DNA of 60,960 nt, filler included, from Basidiobolus ranarum (Eukaryota), in NCBI GenBank assembly GCA_040143965.1. It is 6 parts of 6 records of this genome, joined end to end, with 100 filler letters (N's around TTAATTAATTAA, not from the genome) between each part and the next. Parts side by side here need not be neighbours in the genome. Positions count along the whole stretch, not along the records: positions 30,557 to 40,632 come from JASJQH010007620.1; positions 40,733 to 50,804 come from JASJQH010007621.1; 4 more parts are not named here. One strand, 5' to 3'. Position numbers and translations under genes: made by a program. How positions within the stretch are numbered: position 1 is the first letter of the stretch; each line of letters opens with the position of its first letter. Below are positions 37,060-49,612 of this stretch, piece after piece. The notes beneath the pieces are model-generated. The model ran no database searches and had not been told where the DNA came from. It worked only from the letters and a program-made list of their open reading frames with translations.

Positions 37060-38342
37060 TACAGCGGATATTTTGATGGTTGATAAAAAGCGTATGAGTG
37101 GAAGAGAAACTAACTCAATTTGTCAAGAAAATCGAAATGCTCGGATAGATAGTTATATTGCTTTTTAGTCCAGTCACATCTAGAAATCACCATTTTTGAT
37201 TGATCTAGAAATTCAGAGATAATCTAATCCAATATTTTAAGCTGGTTTCGAATGTAACTGTTGGATTTACGTTGATACATATGTGGCGAAACCAAATATC
37301 GCAGAGCCACTTAATTCGTGTAGGCTGTCCGACAGCAATATAAGAATAGCAGCGAAATATAACGATTTCGTAGAGTCACTAGTATTTGACTGTAGATATT
37401 TTCTCATTCTCATCACACACTTTATGGGTATGACGTTCCTTCTTTCGATATCGGGCCCGGTGGCTGTGATCAAAATATTTTCTTAGTGATATATTTGTTT
37501 ACAACTCCAGTGAAACTTTTATGGAGGGAAGTCGGGTTTTAACTTCATCAAAGAGAAAATATTTATTGCTTTTCTGTTTAACTTAGTTTAAGCGTGTTCA
37601 GTAACTAAACCAAAACCCCAAGTTTAGGGTATTGAAATAAAGCATAAGGCTAGTAGTTTCATCAAGTTTGAGACTTGCCATGTTGCCTCCCCTTATAGGG
37701 AGGGATATGGGGGCGGAGTGTGTGGGAGTTGGGGAGTTTAGACCGCACAGTGATGAATGAAAATTCTATTCGAGTCTTGGGGAATAGGTTTTCAGATTAT
37801 AGGAGACTCTCAATTTAGCACGTAAATGTTTGTTAGAGGTGTTGAGGTAATTTAGAAATAAATCCAAAGTGTGATCAGTTAAAAGAAGTATAATTAGATT
37901 AATTCATTTGACAGCGTCACCAACGAGAGAAGTTACTTGAAGCTTTGATATTAATTTTAACAAGACTAGAGAAAGAAAATGGATAAATTTGTATCCAAAA
38001 TAAGTGATTTTCTCAAGGGGTTTAGGTGCGTAGAGGTCTAAGTTTCAAATTAACACTACACTTCCACTTCCCTATCCTTCCTTTTCAAACCATATGATAT
38101 ATCACAGGAATTGCTAGTAATGCAGAGCATCCCTAGCATCTGAACTCGAACCCCCTAGTCAAATAAGGAATGGAGGTGAGGATGAGATGCGAAAATCGCG
38201 GTATAAAGTAAGGTCGAAAGAGAGTTTCCCCACGAGAAAAACATAGTCACTCACTTTTCCCTTTTGCACTTGACTCTATTGGACTTATTCAATAATTTCA
38301 ACCTAGTTCTACTTCAGAAAGCCAGAGTAATTCGAAGATTCA

Positions 38343-39627
38343 ATGCAGGCGTGGATTGGACTAGTGATCATAGTATCTGTTAGCGTTCTAGCTATTCCAC
38401 TGTACCTCTATATTCATCTGCTACTAAAAAGGTTATCCAAGCGTACAGAATGGCCAATCGATGCAGATTTTGTTTCTTACTGGTAAAACATTTGCTTGTC
38501 ATGCGCAGATTCGGTTCAGATCTAACAGACGTTTTTATAGTTTTTACCCGTTCATGCTTGCCTGCCTGTTGATTGCTCTGCATACGACGTTACCATTGTT
38601 ACATGAATTGCCAGACAATGTATTCATCATCATTCAGCAAGTGTTCTCGATTATTTTGATTGTCGATGTTACCTGGGTGTTAATCAATGTAGTGCGAGTC
38701 AGCACAAGGACCATTGCTAGATATGGAGAGAAGAAAGAAAACAATCAGAGCACTGAGAGAGTTAAGGTGTATTCTGTCATGATTCGACGCTTTCTAATAG
38801 CTTTTATAATATTTATCGCGGTTGCTGCCACCGTATTGACTTTCCCAGGGGCATGGGAAATGGGAGTTAGTATGCTAGTTGGGGCCGGCGTTCTAAGTGT
38901 AGTGATTGGAGTAGCCATTCGACCACTGGTTGAGGATCTCTTGACTAGCCTGCAAGTTGCCATCACTGAACCTTTCTTATTGTTTGATCAAGTTACAGTG
39001 GATAATTATTATGGGAAAATCGGTACAGTTGATCTAGATTGATAATTGAGCTGACAATGTTCTTACTCCTTGAGTTTTGATATGTTAGAGGAAATTCATA
39101 TGTTCCACGCTGTTTTAAAAGCACCTGATGACAGCCGGTATATTGTTCCGTTGTCAAGATTTACCAAACAACCTTTCCAAAACTGGACTAAAGGATGCAA
39201 TCACAAGGTTGGAGAAGTAAAGTTGATAGTTGACTATAATATTCCGGTGGCGAGCCTTCGTAATCAGCTACAAAAGGTAGTTGCTGCGTGTCCATTTTGG
39301 GATCAACGAAAAGCGATATTAAAAGTAGGCACTTTTCCACATTCTGAAAGATGCCCAATTCTTGTTTGCTCACATTATCTCTAGGTCACTAATTCAACGG
39401 AATTTAGTGTGCAAATTACATGCTATGTGAGTTCGGTTAATATTGATACCCAGCATGAACTTACATGCTACGTTCGTGAGAAGATGTTAGACTATATTGT
39501 CACTCACTTTCGACCAAATGTACCTCATGAAGTTAGCCGAAGAGCGGGAGGACTGGAGCGTGCATCAAGCAGTGAAAGTAGTGAACCAGGACATCATTGG
39601 TTCGAGCATTTGAAAAAGCCTTACTAA
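38343..39627 (+). CDS. Small-conductance mechanosensitive channel (MscS family, bacterial-type); 4 exons (38343-38482, 38541-39022, 39089-39324, 39385-39627)
   Basis: TM3-like GAGVLSVVIGVAIRPLVEDLLTSLQVAITEPF; beta-domain DQVTVDNYYGKIEEI...YIVPLSRFTKQPFQNWT; C-terminal VDY..V..LR and LTCYVREKML. Confidence 0.88.
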
Positions 39628-40632
39628 CTGGTAAGGTATATCACCATGTTTTTGGCCCTGCAATAGAGCCCTTGAGCGAGTTAAGGAATATTTGATTTTT
39701 TGAGCTGTTAATGTTGATCATTGAAGTTTGGTACTACCCAGTTGAACCCCAGAAATTTGTTGAGTAACTGTTTACGTTCCATTTATTTTAAGTGTTTGAT
39801 GCGCTATGTTATGATTTATAGCCACTCGCCTTGTCTCGTTTACACATAGAACAAATGTATTTACATAAACTGAAGTATGAACTCAGTTAGATATGCCCCT
39901 GATACCAAAGTTCCGTAGGAACCCCAATTGTAATTTGCAATGACATGCACATTTTTGTCTACTGTGCCTCGTTGTAACAGTTCTGCTACGTAACAAATTC
40001 CTTGACTTTTGGTGATTGGAAGGTTTTATTCCAACTGATGACTACCAAGGGCTATCTATTTATAATGAAGACTCTCCTGATTTGTTTGTTCCAAGATCAC
40101 CTGCAACTATACAAGTGCGCCATGTATATTGAAAAGACTGGCCAAGTTACCATATACTTTGTATCTTCTATGTGCGCCTCGAAGCCAAGGAAATAAGTAG
40201 TGGCTAAATAGTTTGGTCGTCATTGTAAGAGCTACTGACAACTCTATTAGTTGACTGCGAAGATGCGTGCTTATTGACAAACGAAGGTTACGAAGCGCTC
40301 ATCCCATTTGAGTCACTCAGTGTTCTGCGATCAGTTTTCTTTCTTGCCCTGTCTATCCAATTAAAAGTATAGTTCCATCCAGTCATATAGATCCAAAGCT
40401 TCTGTACAAATTACCAACTTTGGATTTCCATATTGATTGGTCAAACCTTCTCTTGGGTAGCGTTGATTCAATCCCCACATGTGATGGTTGTTGCGAGGGA
40501 TGAAGTACGCGCGTATAGTAGTTACGTTAATGAGGCTCAATCGCGAGTGAGCGACTCTAGCAGAACACTATATATTTAGCTATCCGGAGTTTCTTTGTCC
40601 TGCCGTTTAATGGAACGCAGAGAAGACAACCG

Positions 40633-40732
40633 NNNNNNNNNNNNNNNNNNNNNNNNNNNNNNNNNNNNNNNNNNNNTTAATTAATTAANNNNNNNNNNNN
40701 NNNNNNNNNNNNNNNNNNNNNNNNNNNNNNNN
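40633..40732. other. Artificial contig spacer
   Basis: 44N-TTAATTAATTAA-44N. Confidence 0.97.
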
Positions 40733-41009
40733 ATATATTATATACACTAGCCACCTCAGTTATATTTAATCTTTGATTCATCTTTCTTCGTTGTGGGCAT
40801 TTAACGCTCGTACGAAACTCAAAGAGGTCATGTTAGCACTAGATGGAAGTATCAAATTTTAAGTTTGCAATTATCACAGCAATGGTTTGAAATTGTTTGT
40901 CTCCTGGGAACATTTATTGATTTACAATGGAAATTATCCTGCAGTGGTGCTTGAATTAAGCATACTGCTAAGATTACATGGCTTCAAGCTTTATTTACGC
41001 CACTGTAGG

Positions 41010-41471
41010 CTAGTTGGATGAACCATATTCCTGAGATTGCATAGGTTCCATCTGAGTGCTTGGCATCATTTGACCGAACTGCTCCTGGTTGATCATTGGA
41101 CGGATACGATGCTCCCCACCCCGCTGCTTGCTATACACTGATGCTATTTGCTCTCCTTCGATTTCAGCACTGGGTCCATCTTGGTATTTGACTTTAGCTG
41201 ATTTCCTTTTATTAGCTTGAGCAGTATTGAGGTTGTCATGCTTGCGTGTAATGGTGATGAACTTCTGTCTCAGTAGGGGAACACGGGCAACTGCAGTCGC
41301 CTTTGGTTGTATCCTCTGGTAACACATATATCCTTGTTGCATACATGGGACAGCAACGTATCGAGAATATATTTGTGGGTTAGTGGTGTAGGAATAGTAT
41401 CCTGCTGGGACAGCGGAGGAAAATTGGAATAGAGAACCACAGGAAACAAAAAGAGCGACGAATAATTGCAT
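41010..41471 (-). CDS. Hypothetical secreted protein (153 aa)
   Basis: Signal-peptide-like MQLFVALFVSCGSLFQFSSA-VP; Q/M-rich tail; several basic pairs (RK, KR); AATAAA downstream on the minus strand. Confidence 0.6.
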   Translation of the reverse strand: MQLFVALFVSCGSLFQFSSAVPAGYYSYTTNPQIYSRYVAVPCMQQGYMCYQRIQPKATAVARVPLLRQKFITITRKHDNLNTAQANKRKSAKVKYQDGPSAEIEGEQIASVYSKQRGGEHRIRPMINQEQFGQMMPSTQMEPMQSQEYGSSN

Positions 41472-42428
41472 GATGGAGCAGGCGATATTGAAGAAGAAGC
41501 AACTGATGAGTCTTAGGGATTAAGCGAATGCTCTTTTTATTCCAAAATTCGATACATGGATTGGGAATGGTAGTAGTTTATTATATAACTCATGTCGTAA
41601 GCTTACGAATACCAGAAGTCGAAACTCTGATATGAAATGTGCACTTGACAAACTGCTATTTGTAGCAACTTAATTTTGCTTTTAGACTATGAACAAAGCC
41701 GTCATTAATTTAATACTGTATATTTGGCAAGTAGAATATTTCGATTCAGCGTGTATTAGGGTTACCATGCAATTTTTGCAAAGAGCGATATATATTCTGG
41801 TAACAGACAACTGTCAAACTACCTGCAAGGGTAACAATGATGGGGGATATATTGTAGGCATTCAGGATGAATTGGAAATATTTAGGATAATTAGAGGAAA
41901 AATCGGACTTACACTTACTGCTCAGGTGTGAAATAAAGGATCTATACTTTTGATAGGAATAAAGAGACATAATGATTGAGATGAATATGAAGATTCACTC
42001 AGGGATTTGAGGAAGAAGCTTGAGATGATTTGGGTGAGTATGTAAATTTTTTCGCAGTAGCTATCCGCTTGATTCGGAATACAAGCTCTGACTTGAGCTT
42101 TTGAGAGATTCGCAAGATAAACTAAAACCATACTAATCAGCGTCTATGAATCTTTGAGTACATGACTCCAGCAGAACACATACTTGTTGGTTCCAACCCT
42201 ATGCAAATGTTGGAGTAGATTTCTTGGTGACCAACATCAACCCTAACTAGTCGTCAAGTATGGTACAGTGATTAGAGCGATTATGTTAGAATTATAGGGC
42301 ACCTGTATATGGAGCCACCACGGTAAACACTGAATACTACATGTGTCCTGCAAGTAACTATATTGTGCTCTGATTGAAATTCCTTGATAAAGTGAAATGG
42401 AGTTAAAGAATCTATAGTTAGTATATAC

Positions 42429-42766
42429 TGTTGAGATTGGCATTGCCTAAACACCTATATAGCACATATAGCTTAGTATTTAGTTATCCTATATTGAACT
42501 ATGATATTACCCATTATTCTCTTGAGGAATTTACGTAGTATATTAGCACCAACTTAGAAGTCTCAGATATATAGATTTTTCAAAGAAACCCCAAACTTTG
42601 CACACTTGCTCCTGAGACCTTCCTTTACTCATTCTACATGTTAGTTTGTTTACATCTTGAGAAAACTATAAATGTCCACTGAACACTCAATAAATCAGTG
42701 AGTGAAAACCACCAATTTCTCTAATTCTCCAAACCACTTCCAATAGGCTCCCAAAATACTTTAACA
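42429..42766 (+). mobile_element. Solo LTR of copia family A
   Basis: TGTTGAGATTGGCATTGCCTAAAC...AAAATACTTTAACA; flanks TATAC/TATAT (near-perfect 5-bp TSD); no PBS. Confidence 0.92.
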
Positions 42767-43244
42767 TATATGTATACCATTGACAGTTGATCTGTGGATA
42801 TAGATTTCATTATAGGATTGAATTGCAGAAGTGCCTGGAAATATCAAGTCTAACCTGTGACCAACAATATCCTAGATATGCATACTGTGAGTATCATTTA
42901 AACACCACATGATAATTATTAAATATGCAGTCTGCAAAAAGACTTCAAACTCACAAGAATTCATTGTAAACTGTGAAATCAGTACATAAGCTTGGCAATT
43001 GCCAAGAAAGATATTCAGCCAGTTGAGAGTGTTTGGGTGCATGGATTTTTATTGGGAAATTTCCATATTATATTTCAATAGTTGCACATTGACTGATCAT
43101 TAGGAAATAAAGTTGTGGGAAAGCGATTGGAATTGAAGACCTCGACATTGATACCAAAAAGAATGCATTGATGATCTGATGTCAAGAATGGTCGAGTCAG
43201 CAAGAGAGAAGGGAGAATCATTGTGTACTTTCACGCTAGTCTAC

Positions 43245-44208
43245 TCATAACTTAGCTTCCAACCAGTCTTTCCACTCATTATATCCCCAAGAACTGGAGA
43301 CGGAGGAGTCAATTACGCCGTCCACAAGCACAGTGGGGGAAACATGTATACCATTTTGTCTAGCCAATTTAATGTGGTATTTGAGATCCCCATGAATTTT
43401 GTTGCCCTTGTTACGTGGCTCAGTATCAGGAATTAAGAGATATCCCAAGAACTCATCTCGGTCTATACCGAGGGATGCAGCATGATCTGCCAAAGAATGA
43501 TAGATCTGGGTACGACTCAGATTATGGCATGCTTCGTCAAAATAGCTAGGAAAGTGTAAGAGATAGAAAATAGCAAATGTGAGCTGTAGCCACATGCAAG
43601 AGAATATATTGAACTTACTCTCTTTGAACGTCAAACAATTTATCTGCATAGGCAAGGAATTTCTTAGGGTCCACTTTTTCCACCGCCAAAGAGGCCTAAA
43701 TGTTGGATGATATCATCGATTAACTTCAAGTGAACAAATTTCTTATTCTTTTGACGATTACCTCGTGTAAAAGTGTACTCTGAGGATGCCAAGGTTGAAC
43801 TTGATGACGCAAAATGAACTGAATGCTCTTTCCAAACTCGGCTTGAACATTAGGAATCACTTCCTATTTCATTTTTAGAAGTTAATATTAGTATGTGTGG
43901 TGCCATTCTCCATAAACACTCTTCAAACATACTTTGGTAAGGTTATTAAAGATACGACGGGAAAAGGGGCACTTTATAAAGCAACCAGTTAGACTCGGTA
44001 AGAGCTAGATACCATCAAAGCAAAACGAAAAAGACTAACAGTGAAATCTACGTAATATTCAATTGTGTGTGCCGCACCCTGTGGCCCTGTTCGATGGCCT
44101 TTAGAGGAAGGTTAGGATAAGGTGAGGAATATATTACAACCAAGGCTACTCACCGGAGTATGGAGAAGAAACATTCTTTAATGCTTGGTCAAGTTTACTT
44201 AGGTCCAT
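43245..44208 (-). CDS. Thioredoxin-fold (DsbA-like) protein with CxxS (CPFS) motif, multi-exon
   Basis: Spliced MDLSK...GHRTGPQGAAHTIEYYVDFT|CPFSRRIF...RHQVQPWHPQSTLLHE...DLKYHIKLARQNGIHVSPTVLVDG...SSSWGYNEWKDWL. Confidence 0.85.
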
Positions 44209-44990
44209 GATTCGAGTAAAGTTTGAAGTATGAAAGGATTATTGGAAAGAGGTTTTTACATACAAGAGACTCTGCATGAGAATATGAATGATTTTTCAGA
44301 ACTACGTACGTTCCAGGCAAAGTGATCAGCCACTTCACCAATATGGTTTGTAGATAACCAATCTGATGAGCTAATTCTATCATCATATAACTTCATCAGG
44401 ATCGGAGTAGATTAATGCATAAAGCATGTATAATTATACAATAGAGTTTAATATATTTGACTTCATAGCATTAGATCTAGAGTTTGGGTAGCATTATAAT
44501 CCGAGGATAGGATCTGATCTCAGATCTGATCTCCGGAATAGGCGATTCCGCTGTTGTACTCAGCAAGATACTCACACCATGGTTTAAAGAAGGGTTGAGA
44601 AAGATCTTTGCCGTATAGATCCGATGAAATACTAATTGGTGTAATGATGATTGGCATCGGAGGTACTTAGTAACTTGGGTATCAGGATGTTCACCACTCT
44701 TAATACTTTCACTCAAGGTAAGAGTATTATTTATTAGCCTTATGTGAAAGAGAACATTGCTTTGGATGAAGTTGGTGGAATATAGCAGATAGTCCCATCA
44801 TATACCTGAAGCTACCCATATCCTGATAAGAAAATGGCAGCATTACAAGCCATTCTACATTGCATAGCAGATGGGGACTATGGAAGCAACAGAAAGCTCT
44901 ATTTAAGATTTAGTTCTTAGGATACACAACTAGGGGCGGGATGTAACAACTGAGATAGGCCAGCAGATGCATCTGAATGGACTGCAGAAT

Positions 44991-46475
44991 CTATGCTAAA
45001 GCTTGACGATGTTCGATCTTATGATCAGAGTTATAGTCTAGATGAACAAACGCTCGTTCAACGATATCCATCTTTTCTAGTGCGTTTTGAAGTCCTTCGC
45101 CAATATCATGTGCCTCAGATAATGGGCAATCGGGTGGAAGAACTATGTCAATTTCAGTGAACAGTCTATCGCCAACATAATAGGCACGTACTGTATCAAC
45201 TTGTCGAACCTTATTACTAAATCTGAATGCCAAATAGGTTAGCTGTTGGATATCTTCTGCAGAGGCAGACGCGCCAGTCATCCGACGAATGTTCTCTACA
45301 CCAAAGTCACTCAATAAGAATTGAATAATCCTGTAAGTGGGCAAACATACCAGTGCACGTCCGAATCCAATCAATGATGATATACATCGATATGAGGATG
45401 GCCCCAAGAGGATCAATCCAATAGCGCTTTGATGAAGTTGCTAAACAGTCCGCTAATCAATAAAATTTCTTAAATCCATGAAGAATGGATAGAACTAACC
45501 GAGAATGGGAAAGACTGTGGAGAAAATATTGAATACGACGTCATTCATATGATCTTGAGCAAGAGCTTGAACACTGCTGGATGTCATAGTACGACACCAT
45601 AGCCACAAAAAGAATTTGATAATCACATTACCAACTAGAAGCATTATTGTGAATAGACTTAAATTCAGTGATTCAGGCGCCTCCAGATTCAGCAACTTCT
45701 CAAATGAAGAAACCATGATTTGGAAGAAGCAAGTGATCATTACTGCAGAAAATACAATGATTCCTAGAGGTTCCATGCGAGACTGAACTTACAGTGACTA
45801 GATGTCAGCGAAAGACTTTGCGATATAAATGATAGATGCTAAGCGATTACGCACCTTCCCAATCGGATAATGATAGTAGTTAACACGACGGATGACAGTA
45901 GCGGTGTAAAAAATGATTGCTCCAGAAAGCAGATCCATGAAAGAATCTGTGTAACCATGGAGTAGCTAATGATTAGTTCACTCTGAGAATATGTTGAAGT
46001 AATGGAAACTAACCGACAGTTGAGGCAATAACCACCAAACTTCCAGACGCTATGGCTGTGTAGACCTTTGCAGCGAATAGAATGAGATTAAAAAAGAAAC
46101 TTACATTGATAGCCAGACGAACCAGGTGCGCCGAGGTTTTCCTCTGGTTGCGGATGAGATTCAAAGGAGAATCTTCTTTCGCTTCATCGGTGCTCAAGCT
46201 GTTAGTATCAAAGGGGCCGTGATGAGCGAGAATGACATCTATATCAGAGAACCGGTCCAGGGTTTCATTCTAACCAGGCACAAAACCAGTTAGTTACCAG
46301 GTTGTTTCATGTAAAGGGATGTTAGTTTAACGAGAAATGATTGTATCATGCTTACCAGTTTCTGGTAATAATGACGAACATCGCTAGAGCCTTCGTTCTT
46401 CAATGTATCTAACTTGTCCCGTATACCTTGAAGCCCAAGAGGGTCATAAGGGTACTCTAAAGTGCTTCCATACAT
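44991..46475 (-). CDS. Cation diffusion facilitator, Mn-CDF (MTP8/MTP11-like), multi-exon
   Basis: DxxxD motifs in TM2 (DSFMDLLSG) and TM5 (QDHMNDV); YPIGK..MEPLGIIVF; C-terminal DTVRAY, EIDIVLP, AHDIGE, ERAFVHLDY. Confidence 0.93.
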
Positions 46476-47818
46476 AGTAATAGTATAATAGAAATCAAAA
46501 CAACATTGCCTCTCTTCCTCAAGAGACGGATATATAGTATATACAGAGTAGAACCGGACCAATTAAGAAGCCACATGAATATAATAAACAAAAATCAAGT
46601 CAGTATATCCATTCAAGCCACTAGATTGATCAGGGATTGGTGGTGGTATTCCGGATTGTGACATCACGATACTTGATTGTGGCTCGGATTTGTCTGTATT
46701 ACTATGAACCATAAGACACCAGTGGATTGATTTCCCTGGGCAAAGCCATCAAGGCCGCTTGCTGAGTAGAAGGATCGATAAAGCTATGGATATATGCTAA
46801 GGTAAGGGATCTCATGACTTGTGCTCAGATGGCGTATTGATGATCACTCCTAGATTCAGATGGCATTGCGCAGTCCGTGATGAGCATATATACGGTTTCG
46901 GTGTTTAGAAAAACGCTTGATGTGATAATGACATCAACAGAACAGGAGCAATTTTGAATTGATGTTAATCCAACTATATTATTTGGCGTCTGACTAAATA
47001 TGCTATTGTGAATAGTAAAATTGCTCCATTATCATATCACCGGCATTATGGTCTCAACTCGTATCCATCATGGCGCAATAGATCGCTGACCGTTTCGGAT
47101 CCGAGCAGAAGCTGGAAAGGTGGATTATGGCTATTCACTGGGTCACTAGTCAGAAATCTCAGTCGAAGGCAGAAAATAGTGTAGGTCTATATCAGTAAGA
47201 TCGATGTGGAGCCCTGTTGTCTCCATTAATACACTAGCTAAGCAAGCGTGACTTACCAAATGGCACCTCCAATCAACAATATCAGTCTCATTTACGACCA
47301 ACTCCACAGTACATTACTTTGAGTCGCGATATTTCACACTCTCGGTCTTTGAGCCGAAATTAGTGCCATGTTGAATGAATGCTTGGCCAAAACCAAGCGA
47401 ATCAGCTCGGGTAGCACAGCCAAGAAACGCTGTGTCATGATAATCTCTGGTTTTGTCAATTGTTACTTTATGGGCAAGCAAATCTTTCCTTAAATTAAGC
47501 TTTCACTGGTGAAATAGCAACAATATATGCTAATTTAGTATGGCTTTTCACGAAAGCAAAAGCTATTTTTGATCTGGATTTGGTGAGGGTCTAGCTCCAT
47601 CTTCTAGTCGTCTTAGGGTTAGGGTTAGCTACATGAATCACTATTGTACATTGAGCATTGGAAGGATTCCAATCAGAATGCGCAAATTGAATCAGTTTGA
47701 GATTGCCCCTTTTGAGGACTAAATCCTTATTATTCTTCAACGTCTGCCAAGCCAGTCGACTACGGATAATCATGTTATAAACTCATCAATGGTGGAACTT
47801 TTGGTATAAGATTTTCTT

Positions 47819-49612
47819 ATGATTGAAATATTCTCCAGGCCATTTTCATCACCTGTAGTGATAGGTGCCGCTTTACTCTTTCTGGTTTGTTTTTTGTGTG
47901 CCGTCCGAGACTACTCTCCCGACTGGAGACTTGAAAAAGAGAAGAAAGCGAACTTGAATAGTAAAAGCAATGCAGAATTAACTAACCCTACAAAGAACAG
48001 ATTTCTATTAATTCCTTTTGTTCCTCTTGCTTTTGTCTATCTTTCCCTCAGATTAATTTGGGGGTTGTTTAAAATCGCAGTTTTTTGCTCAGTCGACGGA
48101 ATACTATGGACTTTTGCAAAGATACCTTCGCTACTTTACCGTTCCTTAAATTACGTGACTAATTTACCAGAAGTAATCAGACGTATAGCCCCTGAATATT
48201 GGGAACTTTATATCTTGGCCCCATGCACCTTTGTTCTAGATTATGGACTGAAAATCTTCTTTAAATACCTCATACCACTTTCAAACAAGATCGTCCAGCT
48301 CTCCATTGTTTCTTCTCATACAATCCTTGAGGCTTTTCATCGCAGTTGTAGCTACCTGTGGGGTCTCTCTCAATCTCTTGCGGTTGCTCTGCGGAACTCA
48401 TTTCTAGGGCCATTTTTGCACTCATGTAAGACTATTGTACATGATATATTCTCTTGGGTTATATCACGAGGGTCGTTTTTGGGAAAACTCGCAATTCAGT
48501 GCCTTCATATACTTGCTCTTGATTTATTTGAGGATTGCAAAGACTTGTGCAATTTTGTCCAAAAGATTAGTTTGATGGTTTCAGCTGCGATGAAACCGGT
48601 TGCAAATTTTGCCGTCCGTAACATTCGAGGACTACTCAAGGGTATATACTCCAGTTATTGGCACCTTCTACGTAAACTTAACCCTGCCTGGGAGCAATTC
48701 GTTCAATGCTATCTTTTACGCATAGGCTCATATATTCGTGAATCTTACCACAGCTTCTTGGCGGCACTGCGTAACTATTCAATCTTAGCCTCTTGGGGCC
48801 TCTGCAAGATTACATATCGTTCTCTTGTAGCAATTATCTCGTGGACTTGGAATGTAGGACTTCCCAGATCTAGAACAATTGTGGCTAATTCTTTAATTCT
48901 ATTTTGTGAAAGTACATTCTCATTTTTGTGCCAAGCTTATTACGGCTCCAAGTACCTCTATAACCACGTCTTAAAGAAAGCATACCATGCGCTTGTTGAA
49001 GTGCATCGTCGTGCAGTGATTGCGTCGTTACGATTCTACCGAATTGTGCGCAACACATTCTGGAATTCATTGAAGTATATTCAAGTTTTGAACACTCGAA
49101 TGTGGATTCCCATCAGAAATGTAATGACGCAGGCTTGGCAATACGCGGTACTTGTTAGCTATTCTCTTTGTCAGAAGGCCAGTGTGGCGGTTCAATTCAT
49201 GGCCTCTTATACTACAAGATGTGGTGCAATCTTATCATCGAACTTCCAATCTGTGATTGCTTTATTACAGCCACTTGTGCATATACTTGGAGAAACCATC
49301 AAGCAGATCGGACCCTTAAGTGTAATCGTATTGGAGAACACCAGGAAGATCATGTTGCTCTCTCAAAAAATGGCGCAGAATTACTTGGAACGAATGTGGC
49401 CAGTAGTTCTACAATATTCTGTCGAAGTATCGAATATAACCTCCCAAGGTTTCTCGGAACTCGGTCGTCTTGTGAAGGAAGGCTACGATGGTATTCAACC
49501 GGTGATCCTCACTTGGAAGGAAAACCTCACGGTCGCAGCAGACGAAATCATTCAATATCTTGGACGTTCCATGATTGACTGGATGAAGTCAGTGAAGGCT
49601 AAGCGAGAGTAA
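47819..49612 (+). CDS. Hypothetical 597-aa hydrophobic, helix-rich protein (intronless)
   Basis: Uninterrupted 1.8-kb ORF in AT-rich DNA; two N-terminal hydrophobic segments followed by long amphipathic W/Y/F/C-rich stretches; no recognised motif. Confidence 0.75.
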   Translation: MIEIFSRPFSSPVVIGAALLFLVCFLCAVRDYSPDWRLEKEKKANLNSKSNAELTNPTKNRFLLIPFVPLAFVYLSLRLIWGLFKIAVFCSVDGILWTFAKIPSLLYRSLNYVTNLPEVIRRIAPEYWELYILAPCTFVLDYGLKIFFKYLIPLSNKIVQLSIVSSHTILEAFHRSCSYLWGLSQSLAVALRNSFLGPFLHSCKTIVHDIFSWVISRGSFLGKLAIQCLHILALDLFEDCKDLCNFVQKISLMVSAAMKPVANFAVRNIRGLLKGIYSSYWHLLRKLNPAWEQFVQCYLLRIGSYIRESYHSFLAALRNYSILASWGLCKITYRSLVAIISWTWNVGLPRSRTIVANSLILFCESTFSFLCQAYYGSKYLYNHVLKKAYHALVEVHRRAVIASLRFYRIVRNTFWNSLKYIQVLNTRMWIPIRNVMTQAWQYAVLVSYSLCQKASVAVQFMASYTTRCGAILSSNFQSVIALLQPLVHILGETIKQIGPLSVIVLENTRKIMLLSQKMAQNYLERMWPVVLQYSVEVSNITSQGFSELGRLVKEGYDGIQPVILTWKENLTVAADEIIQYLGRSMIDWMKSVKAKRE

